From: Candidatus Omnitrophota bacterium
Lineage (GTDB): Bacteria > Omnitrophota > Gorgyraeia > Gygaellales > Profunditerraquicolaceae
Assembly (NCBI GenBank): GCA_030693145.1
Contig: JAUYBI010000015.1
Span: 8,619 to 72,618 of the forward strand
Length of the DNA stretch: 64,000 bases
Direction: 5' to 3'
The notes beneath the pieces are model-generated. The model was not told the DNA's origin, made no database searches, and worked only from the letters and a program-made list of their open reading frames with translations. This document shows positions 20,073-28,825 of the stretch, piece after piece. The translations under genes were made by a program, and so were the position numbers. How positions within the stretch are numbered: position 1 is the first letter of the stretch; each line of letters starts with the position of its first letter.

Positions 20073-21199
20073 AAAAGGCTACATTTAGTATACTTTGCCT
20101 GGAAGGAGCGGTTTTATCATTTAATGTGGCCGCTGCCGCAGCCCTGATCCCGTCAATTGCCGCGGATTTTGCTCTTTCTCAGTTTTTTGTGGGTAAGATA
20201 ATTTGGCTATATATGCTCCCCTATGGACTGGCGGCATTTCTTTATGGGCCGCTGGTGCGCGCTTTTGATGCGCGGAAAGTAGAGCTGGCCTGTATCTTCT
20301 TATTCTCCCTGGCTAATCTTCTGGCAGGTTTAGCTCCGGATATTCATACGCTTTTTGCAGCCAGGTTTCTCATGGGGATTTTTGGCGCCTCGGTAATTCC
20401 GCTGGGTTTAATTCTGATTGCTAAACATATCCGGCAGAATAAGCGCGGAGGCTATGTGGGAATATTTTTTGGCTGGACCTTTGTTGCTTCTTTACTGGGG
20501 TTATTTTTAAGCGGGTTAATTCCCTGGCGCTGGATATTTATAATTCCGGCAGTTTTAGGGCTGGTTCTGTGGGTTTTTATGTATTTTTATTTGCCTAGTT
20601 TTAAAGAAGGCCTGGGGGTTTTTCGTTTCGGGTATCTGGAAGCATTTAAAGATAAGAAAGTAGCGAGGATCTTTCTTTACATCTTTCTGATTAGTTTAAT
20701 TTATCATGGGGTGCAGCAGTGGCTGGGGGTTTATTTTTCTACGCAGCTTTTCTTAAACCAGTTTACGATTAGCATGATGATTACCTTAACCAGCTTGAGC
20801 GGAATATTCGGGGAATTTTGGGGAGGACATCTTGCGGATCAGCTAGGCAGGCCCAGAGTAGTAAGCCTGGGTATTATTGCCATGGTTCTGGGCATCCTTT
20901 TGCTTTTATTAAAATTGCCTTTAACCTTACTCGGCCTGGCGATGATCATTTGGGGCTTGGGTTGGACCTTTAATCATGTAGGCTTGGCGACGATGTTAAC
21001 GGACCTGCCGCCAGAATTCTTAAATGAAGCGGCTAGCTTAAATAGCGGAGTGCGTTTTATTGCCGGCGGGCTGGGGGTAAGTTTAGGCGGCCTGTTGATG
21101 CTTAAAAGTTTTAATTTTGGTTTTGTTATTTTTGGCAGCGCGCTGGTTTTGCTTTTATTTTCAGGCAGAGTGTTTAAATTTAAACAACCGGCAAATTGA
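20069..21199 (+). CDS. MFS transporter (probable exporter)
   Basis: About 12 hydrophobic segments, ARFLMG, GHLADQLGR. Confidence 0.85.
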   Translation: MKKATFSILCLEGAVLSFNVAAAAALIPSIAADFALSQFFVGKIIWLYMLPYGLAAFLYGPLVRAFDARKVELACIFLFSLANLLAGLAPDIHTLFAARFLMGIFGASVIPLGLILIAKHIRQNKRGGYVGIFFGWTFVASLLGLFLSGLIPWRWIFIIPAVLGLVLWVFMYFYLPSFKEGLGVFRFGYLEAFKDKKVARIFLYIFLISLIYHGVQQWLGVYFSTQLFLNQFTISMMITLTSLSGIFGEFWGGHLADQLGRPRVVSLGIIAMVLGILLLLLKLPLTLLGLAMIIWGLGWTFNHVGLATMLTDLPPEFLNEAASLNSGVRFIAGGLGVSLGGLLMLKSFNFGFVIFGSALVLLLFSGRVFKFKQPAN

Positions 21200-21239
21200 C
21201 CGGGGCCGTTGTAGAGAGAATTTCAAAGGAGGATTTATC

Positions 21240-22016
21240 ATGGGTACGGATTTAAAAGGACGTGTTGCTATCATTACCGGAGCCAGCCGCGGTATTGGCA
21301 AGGCCCTGGCTTGCACTGCGGCAAGCCTGGGAATAAATTTGGTGATCGGCGCCCGCGGCCAGGAAGCTTTAAATGAGGCCGCCGCAGAGATTGCCGGAAA
21401 ATTTAAAGTACAGGTTTTGCCGGTGGCTTGCGATGTGACCAAGCTGGAGGATTTGGAGAAGCTGGTTAAAAGCGCCAAGGAAAAGTTTGGCCAGATCGAT
21501 ATTCTGATCAATAATGCCGGAGTTTCCAGCCAGTATCCTTTTCAGGATCAGCCAATCGAAGATTTCGAAAGGTTGGCCCACACCAATTACCTGGGTTATG
21601 TCAGGCTTATCCGCCTGGTGATTAATGATATGATCAAGAATAAAAGCGGAGCGATTATTAATATGGTTTCCGGCTCGACTTTATGCGACCCGCTGCCTAG
21701 GAATTTTATCGTTTACAGTTCACTTAAGGTTGGCTTAAGGGCATTTTCTAAAGGATTATTTTGGGAACTGCGCGATCATGGGATCAAAGTGACTTCGATA
21801 TTGCCCGGAGTAACCGATACGGATTTAACCGGTAAATTACAGGAGATTACCGCGGATACCTCGCGTTTAATGACTACCGAAGCGATTGAGAATGCCGTGC
21901 GTTTTGCTTTGACTGTGCCGGCGAATGTCTGCCCTTTAGAGATCGCGGTGATTAACCAACAGACACCCTGGACTGCTCCGGTGATACCGTTTCAACAGCG
22001 GCATCCGGGAAAGTAA
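21240..22016 (+). CDS. SDR oxidoreductase (candidate ketoreductase)
   Basis: TGASRGIG, NNAG, YSSLK; RBS AGGAGG before ATG 21240. Confidence 0.9.
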   Translation: MGTDLKGRVAIITGASRGIGKALACTAASLGINLVIGARGQEALNEAAAEIAGKFKVQVLPVACDVTKLEDLEKLVKSAKEKFGQIDILINNAGVSSQYPFQDQPIEDFERLAHTNYLGYVRLIRLVINDMIKNKSGAIINMVSGSTLCDPLPRNFIVYSSLKVGLRAFSKGLFWELRDHGIKVTSILPGVTDTDLTGKLQEITADTSRLMTTEAIENAVRFALTVPANVCPLEIAVINQQTPWTAPVIPFQQRHPGK

Positions 22017-22025
22017 AAAGGAAAT

Positions 22026-22445
22026 ATGAATAATCAGGATATTAAGAATTTAAAGAAGCGTTATTTTATCTGGCTCTATAAAGCCGCCAAAGAAACCTTT
22101 GATAAATACGAGCGTAAGTTTACGCAAGTGGATATTGATAAGGATATCCTGGAAGAGATGGAGAAAGAGCTTTTAGGCTCCTATCTTCCTCATGAAAAAG
22201 ACGCCCTGCAAATGCAGATCAACGATTTTCAAAAATATATCGAGAATAAAGAAAAGTCTTGTTCAGAATTCAGGGATCAGCATAAAAAGATCAATCCGGA
22301 TTTTATTTTCTCAGAGATAAAACTGAATGCTATTGAGAAAGTAATTGTTAAGGGGTTAGGCAAAAGAGGCTTAGAGGAAATAAAATCCCTTTATGAAAAA
22401 GAAATGACTGAACGCATCTTAAAGAATACGGAGCTTTCCCGGTAA
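22026..22445 (+). CDS. Hypothetical helical protein
   Basis: Intact ORF in the operon with overlapping stop/start. Confidence 0.7.
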   Translation: MNNQDIKNLKKRYFIWLYKAAKETFDKYERKFTQVDIDKDILEEMEKELLGSYLPHEKDALQMQINDFQKYIENKEKSCSEFRDQHKKINPDFIFSEIKLNAIEKVIVKGLGKRGLEEIKSLYEKEMTERILKNTELSR

Positions 22446-23356
22446 TGTTAATTGACGCGCATAGCCATTGGCTGCCGGAAGAAATAATTACTAATGCCCA
22501 TTTTTTTCATAAAGGATGGGGTGAGATTGAGGTGCAGCTTAAGGTTATGGATGAGGCAGGAATTGACCGGGCAGTCTTAAGTTATCCCACAACAGACGCG
22601 CATTTAAAGTTAGGCAGTATCAGCCAAGTAGCGCATATTTATAATGATAATGTTGCCAAGATTTTAAAAGCTTATCCGGAAAGATTTATCGGTGCGGCGG
22701 TTTTACCGGTAGATAATTCTTATGATATGCTGGAAGAGCTAAAGCGGGCAATCAATGAGTTAGGTTTTAAGGCAATTTCCCTTGCCTCAAGTTATAACGG
22801 TATATATTTGGATGACAAGATGTTTTTACCTATATATAAAGAAGCACAAGAAAAGGATATCCCGATCTTTGTGCATGCGCAAATTGTGAACCCGATAGGT
22901 TTTGAGCGGGTTAAGGATCCTCTGCTTACCCCGGTAGTGGAATATGTTTTTGATACTACGATTTCAATCGGCAAGCTTTTAATGTCGGATATTCTACGGC
23001 AGTATCCTAAGGTAAAATTTATTTTCGCCCATTTTGGCGGGGCAATCTGCTATCTAAAGCAGCGCTTTGACGCCACTTATCAGATGCTGCGGGAGATGAA
23101 CTTTGTTAAAGACTTACAGGGGCTTCCTTCAGATTATTTTAAGAATATCTACGTCGATACCAGCGGCGATACGACTAAGGCGAATTTCCTGCTTGCTCTT
23201 GAACTCATGGGCCCAGAACATATTTTGTGGGGCTCTGACTGGCCAGCTAAAAAAGATATGGCCAGTGGTATTAAAGCTGTCAATGATTTGGATATATCTG
23301 GAGAGGATAAACAAAATATCTTGGGTAGTAATTTAGAGAAGATATTCGCTCTTTAG
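22445..23356 (+). CDS. Amidohydrolase_2 family (ACMSD/aromatic decarboxylase-like)
   Basis: IDAHSH, FVH, AHFGG, YVDT, GSDWP. Confidence 0.85.
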   Translation: MLIDAHSHWLPEEIITNAHFFHKGWGEIEVQLKVMDEAGIDRAVLSYPTTDAHLKLGSISQVAHIYNDNVAKILKAYPERFIGAAVLPVDNSYDMLEELKRAINELGFKAISLASSYNGIYLDDKMFLPIYKEAQEKDIPIFVHAQIVNPIGFERVKDPLLTPVVEYVFDTTISIGKLLMSDILRQYPKVKFIFAHFGGAICYLKQRFDATYQMLREMNFVKDLQGLPSDYFKNIYVDTSGDTTKANFLLALELMGPEHILWGSDWPAKKDMASGIKAVNDLDISGEDKQNILGSNLEKIFAL

Positions 23357-23360
23357 CAAT

Positions 23361-23457
23361 TTTTGCGGGTCCCCGCCACTAAATCGTTGGCGGGCAGGCT
23401 GTCTTGGGTATTTTCTAGCGCTGACGCGCGTCGAAAACACCCAAGCCACCCGCAAAA
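23361..23457. repeat. Hairpin element TTTTGCGGGT...ACCCGCAAAA; inverted copy at 28745-28814; this copy carries a nested 27-bp CCCGCC..GGCGGGCAGG insert (23372-23398)
   Basis: Reverse complement matches 28745-28814 over about 70 bp once the insert is removed. Confidence 0.85.
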
Positions 23458-23528
23458 TAGACAAATTAATAGACTCTCAGAGTTAGTGAAAATAGAAACG
23501 GTCCCATTATTTTCTCAAGGAGGGGGCG

Positions 23529-24191
23529 ATGGAAAAAGAAACATTAGCGCTGATTCAGGTAATATCAGAGAATTCATCGTTCAAAGAATCTATTCTAAAA
23601 ACATTATTAGTAGCAATTTTAAGTGGTACAGCAGTATATTATGTTCCTAGATTGTTCAAGTTGATTAAACACCGCAGTAAACCGATTCTAACTTATCATT
23701 TTAATGGAGATACTTATTTAGAGTTAGATAAAATAAGACATTCTTTTGGGAAGAAAACGGTGGATAAGGGTGCGTCTAATGGTAAAGCGTGGGAACATAC
23801 AACGGATCAGATAGATGGAGGAGCAACTACCTGTTATGGGCCATACACCAAAGAGATACCTTTTCGAGGGAAATATAAAGCAAGATTTCGAATAAAACTC
23901 TGCGGAATAAAAGACAATAATTCCCATATTATAACTTTAGATGTTGCTTATGGGAAGTTAAGTGCAGATGAAACTAAGATGCAATTAGGGTTGCTTAAAA
24001 CCGAGAGACACTTGAGAACTGCAGATTTTATTGATGGTAAATATAAAGATTTTGATGTCGAATTCGAATACGACGGAGAATCATTGGTAGAATTTAGATG
24101 TTCAGTGCTTAGTCCTTTTAATTTTACAAATAGAGTTAGCCGAATATTTTTTGATAATGTAAAAGTATTTTTGGTATCAGAATTAATTTAG
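23529..24191 (+). CDS. Membrane-anchored hypothetical protein with a beta-sandwich/carbohydrate-binding-like domain
   Basis: N-terminal TM, YGPY...GKYKARF motif; AT-rich. Confidence 0.6.
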   Translation: MEKETLALIQVISENSSFKESILKTLLVAILSGTAVYYVPRLFKLIKHRSKPILTYHFNGDTYLELDKIRHSFGKKTVDKGASNGKAWEHTTDQIDGGATTCYGPYTKEIPFRGKYKARFRIKLCGIKDNNSHIITLDVAYGKLSADETKMQLGLLKTERHLRTADFIDGKYKDFDVEFEYDGESLVEFRCSVLSPFNFTNRVSRIFFDNVKVFLVSELI

Positions 24192-24244
24192 TTTCTGTAA
24201 TAAAAGTGACCGTTTCTATTTTTTTCAAGGAGATTTTAAAAGAA

Positions 24245-24856
24245 ATGACCAAATATGAAAAATGCGATCTTATAATTGCTGCTGTAGCTGCTTTTTTTAC
24301 AACTACGGCTATAATCTGGGTTTTATTTAAAGAAACAATACTGGCTCGCTGGAGAGCGCCAAAATTACAAAGTCTTATTAATATGGATATGCCTTATGTA
24401 ACAAAACAAGGGAGAACTTATTATTATCATTTAGGGATTAAGAATATTGGTAGGGCGACTGCTCAAAATTGTCGTGGTTATGTCGACAGAATTTATGAAT
24501 ATAATAATGGACAATATGAAAGAATAAAGAATTTTATGCCTATGCCGTTATATTGGGCTAGAGAAGAGAAGTCAGCCACATTCATTGGGCCAGACCAGGA
24601 GAAATTCCTGGATTTGGGTACTATTGACACAGATTGTTCATATGCTGTAGGTAAGCGCCCATTTGTATTATGGTTTAGAGAATATAGTGATACCAGCCGG
24701 CTTTTCCTGGGTAGATATAAGATTAGGATTATTTTATATTCCGAAAATACAGAAAGTTTACCTGTAGAATTATATATTAGTTGGAGTGGTCAGGCTAAAG
24801 AAGAATATATGGATATGCTGAAAGAATTAATAATAAGTAAAGAATTAATAAAATAA
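24245..24856 (+). CDS. Membrane-anchored hypothetical protein
   Basis: TM helix then an Ig-like segment (IKNIGRATAQNC); AT-rich; RBS AAGGAG. Confidence 0.6.
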   Translation: MTKYEKCDLIIAAVAAFFTTTAIIWVLFKETILARWRAPKLQSLINMDMPYVTKQGRTYYYHLGIKNIGRATAQNCRGYVDRIYEYNNGQYERIKNFMPMPLYWAREEKSATFIGPDQEKFLDLGTIDTDCSYAVGKRPFVLWFREYSDTSRLFLGRYKIRIILYSENTESLPVELYISWSGQAKEEYMDMLKELIISKELIK

Positions 24857-24960
24857 GGTAGGGATATATTTTAGCGGGTGACACGGAGGCGGGTCCCCTG
24901 CCGCGCGCAACGCAAGTGAGCACGGTAGGGTGCCGCAGTGGCAGGACGCGCGTAAGTATT

Positions 24961-25335
24961 ATGATGAAATTATTGAACTTGATTATTGGGGGAGCGGTAG
25001 GGACAGTTGCCAGGTATTTTTTAGCCGGCGTTGTTTACAGGTTTATGGGTGCTGGGTTCCCTTATGGTACATTAATTGTAAATATCAGCGGCTGTTTTAT
25101 CCTGGGTTTTTTAGCTGCTTTATCGGATAAGAAATTTATTCTTGGGCCGGATGCGCGCCTATTGTTGATGATTGGTTTTTGCGGGGCTTTTACCACATTC
25201 TCAACCTTGATCTTTGAGTCTGATAGCTTAGTTAGAAATGGCCAGGCAATCCGTGCTTTTACTAATATCTTTGCCAGCGTAATTTTAGGCTTTATATTAT
25301 TTAGAGTAGGCAGTTTATTAGGAGAGATAATATGA
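24961..25335 (+). CDS. crcB: Fluoride channel Fluc/CrcB
   Basis: GGAVGTVARY, FPYGTLIVNISGCF, GFCGAFTTFST. Confidence 0.95.
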   Translation: MMKLLNLIIGGAVGTVARYFLAGVVYRFMGAGFPYGTLIVNISGCFILGFLAALSDKKFILGPDARLLLMIGFCGAFTTFSTLIFESDSLVRNGQAIRAFTNIFASVILGFILFRVGSLLGEII

Positions 25336-25661
25336 AAATTCCCGCGGATGGAAAACTTTTGCGTATTTTTATTGGTGAAGCAGACAAATGGAATGGCAAG
25401 CCACTTTATGAAGAGATTGTGTTTTTAGCCAAGAAAAACGGTTTAGCTGGAGCAACGGCAATTAAAGGGTTTATGGGGTTTGGCTGTAAAAGCCATATGC
25501 ATACGGCTAATTTACTGCGGCTTTCCGAGGACCTGCCGGTGGTTATTGAAATCGTGGATAGCGAAGAAAAAATCAATCAATTTATTCCCCAACTGGATAG
25601 CATGGTTAAGGAAGGATTGGTTACTCTTGAAAAGGCAAACGTGATTATGTACCGGGCTTAA
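25332..25661 (+). CDS. DUF190 (PII-like) protein
   Basis: LLRIFIGE, GLAGAT, LSEDLPVVIEIVD; usual crcB partner. Confidence 0.9.
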   Translation: MKIPADGKLLRIFIGEADKWNGKPLYEEIVFLAKKNGLAGATAIKGFMGFGCKSHMHTANLLRLSEDLPVVIEIVDSEEKINQFIPQLDSMVKEGLVTLEKANVIMYRA

Positions 25662-25692
25662 TTTAAGAAAAAACGAGCGGGAAGATATGAGC

Positions 25693-25739
25693 TTGACAAT
25701 GTTCTCAGATATGATACAATTGTTCTCAAAGGGAGAACA
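25693..25739 (+). promoter_or_regulatory. Promoter and palindromic operator of the MNT-HEPN pair
   Basis: TTGACA-16 bp-TACAAT; TGTTCTC-N5-GAGAACA at 25721-25739 and an extra TGTTCTCA at 25700. Confidence 0.6.
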
Positions 25740-25744
25740 GTAAG

Positions 25745-26323
25745 ATGCTCAGTGCGTTAATATCGTCTGGCTCGCGAAGAAAAATCCTGACTCAATTTTT
25801 GTCTCATCCGGATGAGAAATACTATGTCCGGCAGTTAGCGGTTATTCTTGGAGTATCAGTGGGAACAATTCATCGTGAGCTTATTCGGCTGCAGGGCAGC
25901 GGTATATTAAATTCGGATAACGTAGGTAATTTAAGGTTTTTCCGCGTAAATAAAGCGTCGCCGGTTTTTAAAGAATTAAAACAGATTATCTTTAAAACCG
26001 AGGGTGTCCAGGGCAGGCTTAAAGCAAAGTTAAAAGACCTAAAAGGGCTTAAAACCAGCTTTATTTATGGATCATTTGCCAAGAGAGAAGAAAACGCGCA
26101 TAGCGATATTGATCTTTTTCTCTTAGGTGATATTTCCGAAGATGAGTTAATTCAAAGAATAAGTGCTTTGGAGGGAGAGTTTGACAGGGAAATAAATTTT
26201 ACAATTTATACGGTTTCTGATTTTAAGAAAGAGATGAAAAGAGGTGGCTCTTTTCTAAGAGATGTAATTAAGAACCCGAAGATTTTTTTGGTTGGTAGTA
26301 TGGATGTGTTGAATGGATTATAA
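25745..26323 (+). CDS. wHTH-minimal nucleotidyltransferase (MNT) antitoxin-like
   Basis: N-terminal HTH (YVRQLAVILGVSVGTIHREL), YGSFAK...SDIDL. Confidence 0.85.
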   Translation: MLSALISSGSRRKILTQFLSHPDEKYYVRQLAVILGVSVGTIHRELIRLQGSGILNSDNVGNLRFFRVNKASPVFKELKQIIFKTEGVQGRLKAKLKDLKGLKTSFIYGSFAKREENAHSDIDLFLLGDISEDELIQRISALEGEFDREINFTIYTVSDFKKEMKRGGSFLRDVIKNPKIFLVGSMDVLNGL

Positions 26324-26780
26324 TAAATTTATTGAAGATTATTTATCCCGTGGTTTAATTAAAAAACAGCCTGTTGGTTTTGATCAGATAAATAGTTTTA
26401 TAACACAATCAAAGCAGGAATTAAAAGATTGTAATAATATATTGGATATAAGCGCGAAAATCGCCTATTCATCGGCGTATACGGCAATGCTTTACGCGGC
26501 GCGGGCGTTGATGTTACTTGCCGGGTATCGGCCGGCGGGAGTTAATCAGCATAAGACAGTAATTGAATTTGTTGGCGTATGCGCGGGGGATGAATATAGA
26601 GATTTGATTAAGAAGTTTGACGTGATGCGTAAGAAAAGAAATTTACTTATGTATGAACCTTGGGAGGTTAATGTGTCTCCTGCCGATTCTAGAAATGCGG
26701 TAAATACTGCCGCGGAGTTTATCGAGTTTATCATAGTTAAGATTAAGAAAGATAATCCGCAGGATGAATTTGAGTTTTAG
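26313..26780 (+). CDS. HEPN domain protein
   Basis: AY.AML.AARALM, H, RKKRNLLMY; follows MNT. Confidence 0.8.
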   Translation: MDYNKFIEDYLSRGLIKKQPVGFDQINSFITQSKQELKDCNNILDISAKIAYSSAYTAMLYAARALMLLAGYRPAGVNQHKTVIEFVGVCAGDEYRDLIKKFDVMRKKRNLLMYEPWEVNVSPADSRNAVNTAAEFIEFIIVKIKKDNPQDEFEF

Positions 26781-26892
26781 CTTTTCGTAAATAAAAGTTT
26801 ATTTAGAAGTAATGGGGTCAGAATTATTTGTTGACGGAAAAATGAGAGTGGGTAGTAGGTACTAGAGATAATTAACAGAAAGGTAAAATAAG

Positions 26893-27060
26893 ATGCAAAT
26901 GCAAAAAACGTTCATTTAACTGGAAAAGATCTGACGGAGATGGTGCAGCTTCGGAGGCAGGATGTGGGCAAGTACGCGATTGTGCCTGGGCCGCGCGACC
27001 GTTTGGATGTATTAATGAAAAAAATTGAGAATCCGGTGCGTAATTTTTCATTTATGAAAT
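26893..27060 (+). pseudogene. Frameshifted 5' fragment of the nucleoside phosphorylase gene (paralogous to 27992-28160)
   Basis: About 168-bp match with mostly synonymous differences, a 1-nt deletion at codon 5-6, truncated at a family-B half repeat. Confidence 0.9.
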
Positions 27061-27203
27061 AAAGGGGACGGTTCTATTTAGCGGGTGGCGAGGCTTGGAC
27101 TCGAGCAGCATCTCAAAAATTCGAGCGGGCACGGTCCCGCCAAGACTCTTGGCGGGGAGCGAGAATTAGATAAAATATTTCGTTTGACTGAAGATATTTT
27201 TAT

Positions 27204-27258
27204 GTTAACCTAATGGTGTATGGTTAACATATGTTAACTAAGATAACATTGGTTAACA
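27204..27258. promoter_or_regulatory. Cluster of GTTAAC boxes, probable operator of the HTH-Doc pair
   Basis: Four GTTAAC copies plus GATAAC just upstream of RBS GAGGAG. Confidence 0.5.
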
Positions 27259-27267
27259 AGAGGAGAT

Positions 27268-27534
27268 ATGATGCAAAGTAAAGAGAATGAATATGTTACG
27301 ATACCTGAATTGGCAAAGATACTTGGTTTAAGCAGGATCGCTGTTTTTAAAAAGGTAAAGAAAGGCGAGATTAAGGCCATTAAGATAGGAAAAACCTACG
27401 GAATTTCCAGAAAGCACGTAGAAAGCCTATTAGGGAAGGTTTTGGGCGAAGATGAGAAGAAAGAAATTGACCTGGCGGTAAAAAGAACTGTTAGCGAATA
27501 CGGCCAAACATTGAAGCTTTTGGGTAAAGATTAG
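27268..27534 (+). CDS. Excisionase-like HTH protein (putative antitoxin)
   Basis: YVTIPELAKILGLSRIAVFKKVKKGEIKAIKIG. Confidence 0.8.
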   Translation: MMQSKENEYVTIPELAKILGLSRIAVFKKVKKGEIKAIKIGKTYGISRKHVESLLGKVLGEDEKKEIDLAVKRTVSEYGQTLKLLGKD

Positions 27535-27956
27535 TGAAGAAACTCACGGTTAAAGAAGTTGAATATATTGCTTTTAAGTTAGCGCAGGAGTTGTTATCTT
27601 TTAAGGAGCCGATACCCGATTTTGCTACGCGTTATCCCAATATTTTGGAGAGTTGTCTGGCGACGCCATTCCAATCTTTTGGCGGGAAGTCAGGTTACCC
27701 CTCATTTATTGATAAGGCGAGCATTCTGTTTTATCTATTGATTAAAAATCACCCTTTTCAAAATGGTAATAAGAGAGTTGCCATGACAACGCTGTTGGTA
27801 TTTTTGCATAAAAATAAAAAATGGCTTAAAGCTGACACACAGGAATTCTATAATTTTACAATGTGGATAGCCCAAAGCTCGGCAAAATATAAAGAAGAAA
27901 CAATAAAAGCAATTCAGAAGTTTTTAAAAGCAAGCATAGTTGAGTTAATAACGTAA
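27534..27956 (+). CDS. doc: Fic/Doc family toxin
   Basis: Doc-type motif HPFQNGNKR. Confidence 0.85.
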   Translation: MKKLTVKEVEYIAFKLAQELLSFKEPIPDFATRYPNILESCLATPFQSFGGKSGYPSFIDKASILFYLLIKNHPFQNGNKRVAMTTLLVFLHKNKKWLKADTQEFYNFTMWIAQSSAKYKEETIKAIQKFLKASIVELIT

Positions 27957-27991
27957 GCGAATTAATTAACTATTAAAAGGGAGAATAAAAG

Positions 27992-28741
27992 ATGCAGATG
28001 CAGAAGGATGTTCATTTAACCGGAAGAGATTTAACGGAGATGGTGCAGCTTCGGAGGCAGGATGTGGGTAAATACGCGATTGTGCCCGGGCCGCGCGACC
28101 GGCTGGATGTATTAATGAAGAAAATAGAAAATCCTGTACGTAATTTTTCATTTATGGAATATACCATGTATACCGGTACGTATGAAGGGATCAAGGTTAC
28201 CGGAATTAACGGCGGAAGATTTTCCACGGATACTTCGATTACTACGGAGGTAATGTGTAATGCCGGAATACAAAATATTATCCGCATCGGCACAGCCGGC
28301 TCGCTTGATGAAGATATTAAGGTCGGCGATTTATTTGTGGTAGATGAGGTTATCCGCGGAGATGGGGTAACTCCTTATTATGTAGATAAGGATTTTAAAA
28401 CAGTCAGCGATAAAAAAATCTCCGACCTTCTTTTTGAGATTGCCAAAGGTATGGGGTTAAATGTGCATCGCGGCAAGGCCTGGACCACGGATGCGCTTTT
28501 GCGCGAAACCCGCGAAATTGTCGAAGCCAAGCGTAAAGAAGGAGCAAGGGCAGTGGATATGGTATCTTCAACCCTATTAACTATTTGTCAGACATATAAT
28601 ATTAAGGCGGGATCGATATTAGCCGTAAGTGACAACGTGATTACCGGCGAGATGGGTTTTATGAACCCACTTTATTATCTGGCAGAAAGTAACTTAATCA
28701 AAATCGCGTTGGAGTTAGTGAAGAAATTGGAAGGAAAATAG
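27992..28741 (+). CDS. Nucleoside phosphorylase (NP-I, uridine/purine phosphorylase fold; divergent)
   Basis: IVPGPRDR, IRIGTAGSL, WTTDALLRE, AVDMV, AVSD. Confidence 0.85.
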   Translation: MQMQKDVHLTGRDLTEMVQLRRQDVGKYAIVPGPRDRLDVLMKKIENPVRNFSFMEYTMYTGTYEGIKVTGINGGRFSTDTSITTEVMCNAGIQNIIRIGTAGSLDEDIKVGDLFVVDEVIRGDGVTPYYVDKDFKTVSDKKISDLLFEIAKGMGLNVHRGKAWTTDALLRETREIVEAKRKEGARAVDMVSSTLLTICQTYNIKAGSILAVSDNVITGEMGFMNPLYYLAESNLIKIALELVKKLEGK

Positions 28742-28825
28742 AATTTTTGCGGGTGGCTTGGGTGTTTTCGTAGCGCGTCAGCGCAAGAAAATACCCAAGA
28801 CAGGACCCGCAAAAAAAGGACGGAC

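Noticed and set aside
23525-23560. Fluoride riboswitch-like GGCGATGG...GCTGAT
   Set aside because: It lacks the pairing segments, coincides with an RBS/start codon, and lies 1.4 kb from crcB
23363-23650. 95-aa ORF, and ORFs 4664-4846, 18308-18493 and the 61630 extension
   Set aside because: They are translations of repeat elements overlapping better-supported genes
23361-28814. Integron cassette array
   Set aside because: No intI, no convincing RYYYAAC...GTTRRRY attC ends, and the modules have their own promoters
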